Below the pieces are notes generated by a model that ran no database searches, was not told the origin of the DNA, and saw only the letters and a program-made list of their open reading frames with translations. A stretch of 64,000 nt of DNA from a virus, in the IMG/VR virus record IMGVR_UViG_3300032238_000599, positions 1-64,000 of that record; one strand, given 5' to 3'. Position 1 is the first letter of the stretch. Each line of letters begins with the position of its first letter. This document shows positions 19,124 to 32,400 of the stretch, in pieces. The position numbers were made by a program, and so were the translations under genes.

Positions 19124-20404
19124 TTAGACTGCTACTGTTCCAATAATAAAACTGCCGTGTGTTCGTTTAGTAAAAAATCCGTCCCATTTATAAACGGCAC
19201 AGCCAGCGTTTGGATCCTGTGTAAAATTGTCATTGTTGTAAGTAGTAGTCATCGGAATGTCAATATATGATCCATCAACTGCTGATAGGCTATTATTTGA
19301 ATAGGTCATATTAATTCTGTTTTCGCCGCGGGCTTCGATAAGCGTTCCGCTACATTTAACAATATAAGTACCTGCTCCGGTTTTTTGGCAAAGTATTGTT
19401 ATTGTACCAGAGTACACATTATATGGCGTTCCGCTAAAAGATCCGCTGCCAGCGTCTGATAGAATATCAATAGTCAAATTTAACTTTACTGTTGAAATTA
19501 AAGATGGAACAAATCTAAACCAGTAGTTTACTGCTACATCACTTCTCCACAAATAAGAAACATTTTGACCCCAAGCTCTAAATGTATGGTTGCCAAGTTC
19601 TTGCACCTCAGATGCAGCCACTCCCCAATTAGCTAGATCTGTTGCTTGACTAGATGTACTATAACTCTTTGTAACTATACCGCGCCATTTGCTAGACTTT
19701 CTAACTTGTAGTTCGCCAAATGAACTGTTCCAAATTAAAGCTCCGTCCGGTTCAGCTGTTAAGTAAGTATCTCTTGTTGTAGTAGTATAATCTGCAAGCC
19801 TTAAATCTCTTGTCAAAGCTACTGCTGTTGAGTTTCCAACACCTGTAGGAACAATACTAATAATGTTAGTCCAGAGAGTTGTTGAACTTCCATCTGTAGT
19901 TAATAGTCTACCAAAATTACCAGTCTGTGAAGGGAAAGCATCTACTCTGCTCCAACTTAAAGTTGTACCGTTAGTAGTTAAAAATTTTCCTGAATTTCCA
20001 GTTTTAGGGGGAAGTGCCTCACGCTCAGCAATTGGTTCCCAACTAGCTGTCACGCCATTAGTTTTTAACCACTTTCCAGATTTTCCTGATTGGTTAGGTA
20101 GTCCTGATGGAAAGTTAACTGCGCCCCAGGAAACTGTTGTTCCGTTGGTAGTTAAAAACTTGCCGCTATTACCTGTTTGAGTAGGCAAAGTTGACTGCAT
20201 AGCACTTAGCACACCGTCCTCTGTTATTTCTAAATTATTACCTACTTTTATTCCGCCGAGTGTTGATTCAGTAGCAGGCGCCACTACTGCTGTTCTTAAA
20301 TTAGCTACTGTAATTAGATTTGTATCAGTGTCAGTAACTAGCACTAGTGCATCAGCATCAGCTGGACTAGTTACCGGTGTTAAATCTTTAAGTCTTTTTG
20401 ACAT
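19124..20404 (-). CDS. fibre-like protein with tandem repeats
   Basis: AT...LGGIKVG motif and four LPxQTGNSGKFLTTNGxxxSW repeats. Confidence 0.65.
   Translation of the reverse strand: MSKRLKDLTPVTSPADADALVLVTDTDTNLITVANLRTAVVAPATESTLGGIKVGNNLEITEDGVLSAMQSTLPTQTGNSGKFLTTNGTTVSWGAVNFPSGLPNQSGKSGKWLKTNGVTASWEPIAEREALPPKTGNSGKFLTTNGTTLSWSRVDAFPSQTGNFGRLLTTDGSSTTLWTNIISIVPTGVGNSTAVALTRDLRLADYTTTTRDTYLTAEPDGALIWNSSFGELQVRKSSKWRGIVTKSYSTSSQATDLANWGVAASEVQELGNHTFRAWGQNVSYLWRSDVAVNYWFRFVPSLISTVKLNLTIDILSDAGSGSFSGTPYNVYSGTITILCQKTGAGTYIVKCSGTLIEARGENRINMTYSNNSLSAVDGSYIDIPMTTTYNNDNFTQDPNAGCAVYKWDGFFTKRTHGSFIIGTVAV
19871..20188 (-). repeat. four degenerate coding tandem repeats of 26-29 aa
   Basis: LPTQTGNSGKFLTTNGTTVSW / LPNQSGKSGKWLKTNGVTASW / LPPKTGNSGKFLTTNGTTLSW / FPSQTGNFGRLLTTDGSSTTLW. 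Confidence 0.85.
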
Positions 20405-23400
20405 TTAAATCTCCAAAATGTTACCATCATTGTCAGTTAATGGATCGCCGTTGATGTCTGAAATTACATCTATTAAGTCTAAGTCGGCTGTAATAAACTT
20501 AGCAATAGTATTATTAGAATATGTTAAAGAAGTGCCAGCATCTTCCCACAATGTGCCTTTCTTTTGAACTACTGTGAATCGTGTTCCTTCAGCAAGATTG
20601 TGAGTTAATCTAATTCCTTTAACTGGGCTAATAGCGGTTCCTCTTACAGAAAAATCAGATTCTAGCGTTATATCACCTTCAGGACTCTCGTAATGTATAT
20701 TTACATTATGTGCTTTGTATGGCTTCTTCTTTAAGTGGATATTTCCAACAAAGAATTTCCATTTATTTGAATCAGTCTCAAACGCTTCGGAACTTGTGTG
20801 TGCCGTTAGACATCTAAAAGTGTAACTTCCCACGTTAACAATATCGTTAACAGAATAAGATACATTTGAAGACCAGTCACCTAATATTTCGTAGCCACCT
20901 ACAAATACATCAATGTCATTTGACTGTCCGTAATTTACAGGAATAGTGTCTCTATACCAGCTAGTACCGATTGATGTTTCATCTAGTATTGGTGAAATTT
21001 CTTTTAATGTATAAGTTAATACGGCGGGATCTGTAACTGTGATTACATCTGATAAAGTTCTATCTTGATATGGCACCGTTTCACTTGCTCCGATATCCTG
21101 TACGATAGTTCCGACTGGATAACTATTCTTTACTCCAGTTCCTAGTGTGCCGCGACGTAGCTGGCTTAACACATTTCCAACTTTAGTAAAGTACTCAATG
21201 CGTTCACCGTTAACATAAATGATACCTGGCAAATTGTTAAATTTGTTTGGAGGATTTAAAACTCTATCGTCACGGATAATAATTTCAGTATCATTCCATT
21301 TTAACTCTTGCAGTAACACAGTTCTTCTTTCTCGACTTAAACGCTTGTAATGTGTTCGATTTAACATGTCTTTAAAGATCATAAATTCAAACTCTTTACG
21401 AACAACGTTACTTCCAAAAGTCATAACTGTAAACTTATCACCCACAAGTGGTAAATCTGTTAAAAATACAGATTCTAAATCAGGATTTAATTTATAATCT
21501 ACAGACTGTTGTAGCATACGTCCATTCTTAACGATCCATACTCTTGAATCATCAATTACTGGTCTATCTAATTTAATGCGCTTACCGAAAATACTTAGAT
21601 AGTTGTAATAGTAAACAGATTCTGGAGTAACACTTACATCCGCGGTTACTGTAATATTTGTGCGTTGAATATCAAGATACTCATGCTTGTAGTAACTTAT
21701 TACTGTAATTCTACGACCAGCTGGTTGAGCAGATCCAAAAATAATTGTGTTTCCAGAACACACGTATGTGTTTTCAGAGTTCACTGAAATTGTTAATGTC
21801 TTTCCTTCATACTTGTTAAAGATTTTTGCTTTAATCTTAACTGTAATTCCTGATAAATCTAAACTATAATCAATTCCCGGATCTAGCACAACGCCGTCAA
21901 CGATAACCACAACATTAACTGCGTCGATGCTATAAGGCAAATATCGTGTAGGAGGAATAGTATATTCTAATATTTTCTTACCGGCTAAATCTTTTTCAAT
22001 TGTAAAATATGTTCCGCTTGGGCCAGTGAATACTGAATTATTTTCATTTGTATAAACAATAACGTTAGCTTCTAGAGGAATAGTTGTTCCAACAGGATTA
22101 TTTAGAGTATATGTTGTTCCGCCATCTGCAAAGAATGTTTCTGTTTTCATTACACTAAACGACTGTTCTGCAGAATTAAAAATAGCATAGTTAATTAATG
22201 CATTTAAAGGAATAACACCTGCAAATCTAATTCCTACTAAATTTGCGACATCGTAAGTACTATCTGTTTTAAATATTTCATACGGTGGTACAACACCGTC
22301 GACATATACAATAGCATTGATTCCTTCGTCATTCCAACTAGCGCCGGTAATATATTCGTTAGTTTCACCATTGGCAACAAAATAATCAATTTCAACTAGC
22401 CCAATTCCTGAGAATCCAAAATCAATAACAGAAATCATTGCTCCTACCGGTGGCATAGTTAATAATGTAACTGATTGTTGTGCATAATCAACTGTAAAAT
22501 CTACATCTATAACTAAAGGTCGTTCTAAATTAGAAAATAGTACTGCAACTGCTTGAGGTCCATTTGGAACTTGTCCTAACGGGAATGTATCTGTCTCACC
22601 ATCATACACATAATTGTGATAGATAATATTTGCAGATCCGTCATTTGGTCTAGTCTTAACTTTAATTGCCAATGCATCTACTATTTGCCCAGGCACAACT
22701 TCTTCCGGACCGTGACTAGTATTAGCTGTTACTAAGCCGTCACCGTCAATGATGATGTCATCGGCAGCTAGTCCAGTAGCTGATTGGTATGCTAGATCGC
22801 CGCCAGTTATTGCAGTATCGTAGTCAGTTTCACTAGGTTTAATACTACCATCACTTGTTGATTTTCTAAAGATGAATTCGTCGCCAACAGTAATTGTATG
22901 ACTTACTGGAATGTTGATAGTTTTATTTGTACCATCTCCAACAAATGTCTGCATTATCACTAATGGTTTTTCAGGAATCTTAATTCCATTATATTCTAAT
23001 GCGTCAAGCCTAATAGGAGCAGTTGAACCAATTTTATGATAAACGTTAATTTGTTCTCCAGCTTCTGGAGTGTAAGGTAACGTAAATGTATGTGTAGTGT
23101 TGTTTGCTGATATTAAAACAATATAATCTTCAAACGTAGGATCTTGGCTATCCCAACCATCGCTGAACCATGGCAGGCTACCCCAGCCTCTAGGAACTTC
23201 AAATCCTAGTCCTGTAATCTGTACGCCACCATAGTCAACGCCAGTCATTAACTGTCTTACATCCTTTCCTAACTCGCCAGAGTCTGGATTATAATAAAAA
23301 TTAACACGATCAGCCGCTGATAGATAGTTAAAGTCTTTAATATAAGAAATTTTAACTACTGAACCAGCTACTGGCGGACTAGTAAACGATAGAGAGCCGT

Positions 23401-26400
23401 AGTAACTAGTATAACCTCTTGTTACAGATTTTTTGCTAGATAAAGAATATGTTCCATCTAATGCATCAATGCCATTTACAGTTATTGATGCATCTCCTCT
23501 ATTAAGTTTAGGACTCCATTTCAAATTAAATGATAGTTGACTTCCGCTAGCAGTAAATGTTTCAGTTTCTTGTAGATTTGTAATAAAATAATTTCCAGAA
23601 ACTCGATCAAATTTAATTTTTAATAAGTTAGAACGTACTAAGCCGTTACCAATAATTGCTACAGCTCTTGCACTATTTCCGTCAACATCTAGGCCGCCGT
23701 CAAATGTAATTGTTGGAGCTTTAAAATAGCCAGTTCCTCGATTTAAAATATCAATTCTATTAACTCGCCCGTTGGCAATAAATGCTGTTGCAGACGCTCC
23801 ACTGCCACTATTATTTTCAAATTTTATTAGTGGGGCAGACAAATATCCGGTGCCGCCGTCAACAATTTCTATACTAGTTATAGTATAGCCAGCATTATCA
23901 TACCAGTGCTTCCAAGGATATTCTAATACCACTGGAACATTACTTTCAATTGCGCCAGAGGATGCAGTTGTATAAATCTCATCAAGTTTTCCATCAATAT
24001 AGGCTGGCTGTAAATCAAAGTCAGTTACTACTGATTGAGTATTATCTAACGCAGTATAAGAGCTTACAAATTCTCTAATTTTTGTTCTATACGGTTTTAC
24101 TTCATTAACATAAGATTCAAAATCTGCAAGATTATCATTGTTATAAGTAACTTTTTCTTTTAAAGGTCCAACATTGTGTTGAGCTCTAACAAAACTAGTT
24201 TTAAATGCCCAATCAATAAATGTTTGTTCGCTAAAAGCGTAACGAATCATAGCAAAGAAGGCGTCTAAGTAATCTTGTTTTAGATTGTCTATTAACAGTT
24301 TATTTTTAATTGTTGTAAGAATAATTCTTAATTCACTAGACGCAGTATTGTCAAAGTTGTCGCCGTCGTATAAAGGACCGTCATATCCTAAATTAGTATT
24401 AGAAAATTTGTATAATTTATCTGATAGCTGTATTGTTCCGTTCTGGCGTCCTACAATTTTGTAACTTTGTGTATAATCAATTGAAGAACTATCTGCATAT
24501 TTTTCTAATAGCAGCCATCCTCCAGTACCGACGTTATTAACTTTAACAATTTGTCCAACTGTTGCCAAAACTGTTGGCAATAGATATGTTGCATCAACTA
24601 CATAATCAACTGGATCAAATTGTGTATATCCAGTTGAGTACCAATCAATATATTCCCAATAATTTCTAACGTCATAGCTTTGGCTGCGAATTCTAAACCA
24701 ATCTTCACTAGATGAATCGTAGGCGTAGATGCTCCAGTTGCCGTTTGCGCCACTGTCGTTTTTAACTAAGACTGTTAATCTTCTAATTGTTACTTGAGTG
24801 TATGTAACTCCGATACTGTTTATTCGATCATCATATCCCTCGCCTGGATTTTCAATGTTAACATCAACTACTTGTCCTCGTGTTCCAAGTATTGTTTTAA
24901 TTTTTGCATTAATACCAGACGGGCCGGTAACATCAAGATACGGTGCGTTCACATATCCAAGTCCGGCATCTATAATTTTAACTTCAATAATTCTGCCGTC
25001 AACGACTACAGGCACAAATATTGCTTGTCTAAATGTACTAGTACCAACGAATCTTAGTTCTGCATCAGTATCAATTACAGTATCATACAACCCTGTAATA
25101 GTACTTGGAGGTGCTTCGTATTGATTTAAATCACTGATATCTCTATCTTCTACAATCGTATTAGATTTCAATACTTTGTTAATTCTTTCAAGATACTGTT
25201 TCAACGCTTCGTATCTATTCATAAACATGCTTTGACGAGGACGGTCTTCAACACCGTATCTAATTTTTGCAGGTAAGTCTAAATCAGGAACTAGTCTGTC
25301 AGCTTGGTCTTTTCCGCAGAAACTATCAATTAGTTTATTTTCAATTCTAGCTGGTAATGAACTATTAGTATCATTACTAATAAGTTTCCATTGACTATGA
25401 CTATTAATATCATACTGATCAATAGTCCAGTATTCAACTACAAGGTGAACATCTGTATGCGCTAGGTTTGGTTTAACATTAACCAAACTAATACTATTGT
25501 TGCTGGTAAAAGCAACATATTGACATCCTTGTCCTTTTGGATCAGTAATTAATTTTGAAACATTGTTAGCACTTATATTTCTATTAGGTACATTAGGTGT
25601 TGTAGTTTTGTTTTTAACCCAGAAGTAGTAAATGTTTTTAAATGTCTTAGCTACATTATCATATCTCTTCTTAACACAATATGCAGAATCTCCGTAAAGA
25701 CTCTTGCCGCTAATATTAGCAACTAAACCGGCAGTGGTGTCTGCCTGTGCATCCCACTGACTAGGTTTAAGTGTTGTTTCAACCCATTCGTACACATCAA
25801 TGCTTGCTGTCGGATACAATGTATTCCAGTTAGTATTTCGATAGACAACATCTCCGTTATATGCATCAATAAATTTAGCAGTACGTAGATCCCACCATAG
25901 CATACCAACTTGACGATCATTCCAAGACATGCCATCGTCGACATTAACTGTATCTAATGTTGTAACTCCAGATGTATAAATTGCTGGGTCGTAGTATGTT
26001 TTGTATCGAATTTCTTGATCTGCAATACCAATTAAGTTTCCTTGGATTGGATCGACAATGTCTAGATATGTTACAATCTCATTTGAAACTTTGTTATATA
26101 AAAATACTTTTTTAATTTTTGCTAGATCAATCTTAGGTAACTCTTCTCTATAAGGTGTCCAAGAATAAGTGTTTGCATACTTTTGATAATCGTAAACTAC
26201 CCCAGTTAAATAGTTTCCACTAGTTTCTTCAGGAGCAGATACCAAGACATGATTATTAGCAACTGCAAACCCAGCGCCCCATATTGCACTTGATGCGTCT
26301 GTTGTCCCAATGCTTTCAGAATAGACCCAATTAATATTATAGCGATCGTAAACATCAACACGTCCAGAATCTGTTGTTGGTTGGAACGTCACCGGATCAA

Positions 26401-29400
26401 CGCTGTCTCCATTAGCACTATAAATTACTAATGTTTTATAGTCATTCATGAATGAAATTTTTGATCCAAACAATTCTTGATCTTCTACATTTCTACTGTA
26501 AATTTCTTGTAAAGATGAATATGATCCGCTATCTTGTAATTCCCAGATAACTACTTTACCTTCGTTGCTACTAGATAAATTTGGTCTATCATAGTAACTA
26601 CTACCAGTAGCAATATATGTTCCGTTGTCAGATGCTGTTAACGCACCTCCAAGATATTCGTTGGTTTGTGTTCCGTTGATAGTTGTTGTCCAAGTATAGG
26701 CATTGATTGTTAGTGTATAAACAAATGCTTTTCCTTGTCCCGAATTAGCGAACGGTGCCGATACTACTAACGTAGAAGCATCTTTAGATGTTGTAACAAC
26801 AAGCCCAAAGAATTTATTTGAACCCGGGACGTATGTAGAATCTTCTGAGCCATCAAATGTGTCTACAAATGTCCAAGCACCTGATGTATAATTTAACTGT
26901 TTAACATAACCTGTTCCGTTAGCAGTTCTTGCGCCAACAAACAAGGTGTTATTTCCTGCAAATTTAATTGATGTACCAAATTTATCGTTTGCGCCAGGCG
27001 TATTGCTAGGTATATGTGCTTCAGCATTGTATTGCCCGTTAGCGTCAGCTTTATACAGAGACACCATACCTTGATTTGTGGTGCCACTTCCTGCAACACT
27101 AGAGGCATTAGGAGTTGCTATAGCAATCCAAGTTTTATCATCACTGATTTCAACTGCTGATCCAAACTCTCCTAGGGTAACAGTTGCTTCATTACCATTT
27201 AATGTGATAATTTGTTTTTGTATCCAAGAAGCTTTTATACCTTGTTTAATATAGACAATGACTTCACTACGTCCATTTGTAACTGTAGCAACTTTAGCAT
27301 CTCTGCTAACTGCCAACGCTAGTCCTAATTCAAGTCCGTTGACTTTTACAGTATTATTAAATGTGCTTTGTGCATAAACTGTGTTATGTTGATAGACTGT
27401 CCATTTATTACTGCCGTTATTGTCAACCCAGATTAATTCATTTTGTTGTAGTCTTGATGGAATATTTGAACTAATGTTATCAATACTACTAGAACGTTGT
27501 ACTGTAAATCGTAAAGGAAAAATATTTGCGGCCAAATTTGTGTCTGGATCAGGATATGTAATATCTGGGGTATCTAGCACAATAGTTTGAGCACTAGCAG
27601 AAAGTACTTTGAAGAATCCAGCCGCCCCAATAAACGGTAAAGGGTTAACTGTTGGGTTTAGATTATACGCGGCAATATTTGCAGGAGTATTTGTAAGTGC
27701 AAAATATCGGTCGGGAAGGTTGTTTGTTGGGTTAAGCCCGTGAACCGAAGATGTAGTTAATGTAACTTGTTTTAGTGTACTGTTAAAAGAAATAGCAGTA
27801 ACAGTCCAAGATGGTTTTGTCATTCTATAGACATTCCACGACCTCTTTTCAAATGCACACCAAATATAACTTCCTTCTGCAAAGTCAAGAATATTAGTAA
27901 AATTTAAAACTTGATCTAAAGTATCTATGCTTGCAGATACATCTTCAACTCTCACATAACCAGGAGTTCTTAGATAAGAAGTAAAGTCGCTCTTTAATGG
28001 CCAAGGAGCATTGTTATAGTTTAACGGTTTTATATAAACATCATTCGGTGTTTGTCGGATGACAAAATCAACCGCAGTTGGGTCAGGTTGGTTAACCAAT
28101 AGAATTGGTTGAGGATTAAGTTTAAATAGACTCTCATCTAGAGTAAACTCAATTTCATCATATGATTTATTACTACCGTATTGCCCAACACGCAATGCCC
28201 ATTCTTCAAAAAACTTAATGCTTTCTTGATTATCAGCACTTAGTACATCAAACAATTTGTTTAATACGTTTTGTGTACCTTTTTCAATGATCATACCTTG
28301 ATAAAATTTGTATTCTGAAATATCATCTTTAATAATATTTTCAAGGTACTGTCTCTTTTGATAACCGATTAAATGCTGAGCCATCTTTTGTTGCCCGACA
28401 TCAAAGTTATCGCTGTCAAGGCTATAAAAATCTTCAAACTGCTCGGCTTTGTATGTCCAGTTAGGTAGCATCTGGCTCTTTGGTTTTTCTTTTAGTCGTA
28501 TCCAGTTTTCAGGATCGAACTCTTCAGTGCCAGGTAAAAACTTACTAGCACTATAATAAAATTCTTTATGTTTAACTGCATCACCTAAGTTATAATCAGT
28601 CCAAGGTTCCCAGTTTTTAACAGCACCCTCGTCATAGATGAATCCTGGAATGTCAAACCCGCCGAACCAGTCAGTGCTAATGTAAGCAGAAATTTTGATT
28701 TTTTCTTGACGGTATCCAGTTGTTTGTTCGTATATTGTATCGTTAAACAACGTACTATTATCTATTAATAATACATGTTCTTTTTGTACTAGATAAAAAG
28801 TAGCACCGTATATTCCAAAAACATTATTTGGAGTATACTGTACAACATTTCCATCTCTATAACTGTTTAAAAACTCTGGTTCTAATTTTTGACCGTCGGG
28901 TCTAAAAAATTCATATCCATTAAATTGATCTCGAATATCTTCAACTACATTATAACCTAAATCAATGATTAACGAACTTGCGGCAGGACTTAGTGCAATA
29001 ACACTAGAACCCACCGATGATAGTTCTTCAATTATTGAATAATTGTCTAAGTTAAAAGTAATTCCGGAGTCTCCTGATCTCGAAACTCTATAAATTTGAC
29101 CTTCATACCTAATTAAATTTCCAACTTCGTATTTTGTGTTTTCAGACCAGTCAACCCATTTTTCTTGGCCGGTACTCCAATTCTGTGTAGTCCAGAATAA
29201 GAATTCCTTTGAAGCTGTTACCCAGTTAGTGATTACATTTAAGTTATTATTAAAGTCATCAAAAATAAATCCTTGGTCCTGTAGATACTCGCCGTATCCT
29301 AATAAGAAATCAACAACCTCTTGAACTGTTCTAAAAATAGTTCTATAAGGAATAGTAATAATTTCTTCTTTATCCCAACCAGTTCTAATTTGTGCTTCTG

Positions 29401-32400
29401 TTCCGCCTACCATAGGTAAGCTAGGCAACTTTTGGAAATAATCAGTGTTGAACGAAGTTCTAGAAACGTGGCTTACTACAACACGATAAAAAATATTATT
29501 ACTTCTAACAATTTTTCCAGCAATATATTGCTTTTCAGCAGTCCAGTCACTAAATGCTTCGCTGATACCACCGATGTTAATAGTATACCCAACTTTGTTC
29601 CATGGATAATAATTGAAATAAGGGGCACTTGGACTGTAACCGTTAACTTCAAAACCTAATGGCGTTTTTGCAACTAGCACTCCACTGTATGTAAGTTTAC
29701 GAGTTGGACTACTTGTATTAAACACAATAGAATAATTTTCTTGTGGAACAAATACTCCTCCAACTGCTGTAGGATTTTTACTGTCTAAAAGTAAATTAAA
29801 TTTTTCTTTTTCTGTAAAGCCGGCAATACGATATGACAATTGTACAGACAAATTATCTAGATCGTATCTATATTGTTTTAGAGACTTTAAGTTGTCGCTT
29901 TGAATATAGTCAACTAGATAGTTTACTAGTCCAACAGTTTGAACTCTTGTAGTATCAGAATAAATGTTAGGCGTAACAACATCTGCTAATCGTGTTCTTA
30001 CTCCGGTATCTTTATAAACAATTTGTCCAGATAGATCTCGATATACTCTTGCACGATCATATAATCTTGAAACTAATTCTGCTGGGTGTGAAAGTATAAC
30101 CGAAGCTAGCACTCCAAAAGGATAGTAACTGCTTCGACGCCATGCAGACTCAACTGGTGCAACATCTCCGAACAAATAATCTTGTTGGATTGTTGTAGTG
30201 ATTAATCCTTGAGCAGTATTTGACTCTATTGGATTTGCTATTTCACCGTTTTCAGTTACAGGTATGCAGTTTAACAAATATGGTCTTGCAAATTTAGGAT
30301 TACGAACTACTGCCTTTCCTGGCTCTCTTATCACGCCTTCGCTAAGATCTTGCCACATTACAAGGTTGTTAGAAGTATACGGCGCAAGACCGTAGACATC
30401 TTGCCACCAGCTTGGTTCTATATAGTAACCTAACATTTCCCAAGGGCATAGATGAGGGCGATCTGTGTCGTATAACCAACGATATATACCTCTCCAATAT
30501 CCAGGAACTTCTCTACCGTCCGGTGCTGTGTGCCCTCTGTAGTTGTAAGTAATTGGATTGGTTGCGTCAAACTTTAAAGGTTTAGTAAAATCTTTATCAA
30601 TTAATTTTGACCATTGATAGAAATTATTTGAAAGAATTTTTGTAAATTCACTAAGAGAATAATCATTATCAACATTATAACGAGGCACATAATCAAGAAT
30701 ATCAAAAAGTGCGGTGTCGTATTTTACTTTGATATTATTAAAAATTCGCTTTTCTAATTCTAAAAGTAAATCATCTCTGTAATCGTTATATGCTACAACA
30801 ATGCTACCATCGTGTCCTTGTATTACATATGTTGGATTTACAAAAGAAGTATCAAGATACTTCATCGGTTTAAATCTTGGCCATAGTCCTAGTTTTGTAG
30901 GAGTCGATGGAACAAAACTTCCGTCTGTTGTTTCGTACTCAACAATTTTAATTACGTCATCGTTGGCTAATTCACTGTAAGTAATTGTAACAAAACCATC
31001 ACCGTGGAATTCATAATCTACTCCATGAACTAATTGTACATCGTTTACATAAACTAATACAGCATTTGGTCCTACTGTGTCTAATGTAAAATTGCTAGAA
31101 AGCGGATATTGTTTAATCCTGTAGTCAACAACTGTGATTGTAGTAATTTTGGCGGCTCCGTAAGGAACCATGTCACTGAAATAATAAGGAAATGTTGTTG
31201 GTTTATTTTTATTAATGTCTTCTAAAATTAAATCAACAAATCTTACAGGGTCAACATCAATACCCAATGATTCTGCAGAAATCATAAACTCTCGTTTAAA
31301 TTTTCCATAGTCATCTCGAGATTCTTGAATAGCCTTAATAACGTTACTGTTCTTAGAAGTAATATGATACATGGCCATAGGCAATGCACCACTATGTTGA
31401 ACAAATTTTGTACCGTACTGATTGATTGGACCAATATCTCTTAAGTTTGTAGGACCCGGAAAGGTCCCTTTAAATGTTGTTAGGTTATCAATAATACTAT
31501 CAACATGATCAATAACTTCGCCTAGTGTAAATTGATTAATATCTGCGTTTAACGGATTATTCTGTAGGTTAATTGGGATTTCGTAATAGCCGTTTGAATT
31601 TTTAGGCTGTGCTGAAAAGGCACGCATAGTTAAAACATCATCTAATGTGATGTCTGTATTAAGCACAATTCTTTTATATCTAGGAGAATCAATAATTGTC
31701 CAATGATCTTTAGATAATCGTTTTCCGTTGATATAAATTCTTAGTTCTAGATCATCTAAGTTAGTCTTGTCATCAAATACATCAAGGTCAAAGTTGTTAA
31801 TTTTTCCAGAGTTTCTATAAACTCTAACAATTGGTTGGTAATGAGAAACGTTGCTAATTTCCCAACCGTTGACATAATGAACATTACTTAACCCGTTTGA
31901 TTTAACTAGACTTCCTACATTAGTTGTTATTGTCTTAACATCGAGCAATGTTTTGTAAATGAAAGTATCTGTTAACAAGTTAAAATCAAAAACAATATCA
32001 CCTACGTTATTAATATTTTTATGTTTAAGAGCAAAGCCTAATTCACTATCTGCTGTTCCGGTGCCAATTGCATATGAAAATAATTTTGTACCGATGAATG
32101 TTGAACCGTCGTATATTGTTTTGTCGCCAAAACTATAACGGTTAGTATCAACTACATCAAACAATGGTGTTTGATTAAGGGAAGTTTTTGTCTGAGAAAC
32201 TACCCAAGTAGTTCCGTTATACCAGTACATTAATCCTTGATTATTATTTCCGTACTTAACTAATGCTGTCTGATAAAGGACCGGAGAACTTTCTTCAACT
32301 AATCGAATTTGTCTACGACGAGCTTCGCCGGGCGGTACAACTTCAATAAATTCAACTCGGTAAATTTTATTTTTTACAAGAATATCAGTGTCGGCTAAAA

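Noticed and set aside
19871-20188. CRISPR array or DGR template/variable repeat
   Set aside because: The repeats are in-frame, degenerate at synonymous positions and lack unique spacers. No adenine-specific variant pair or reverse transcriptase was seen in the window.
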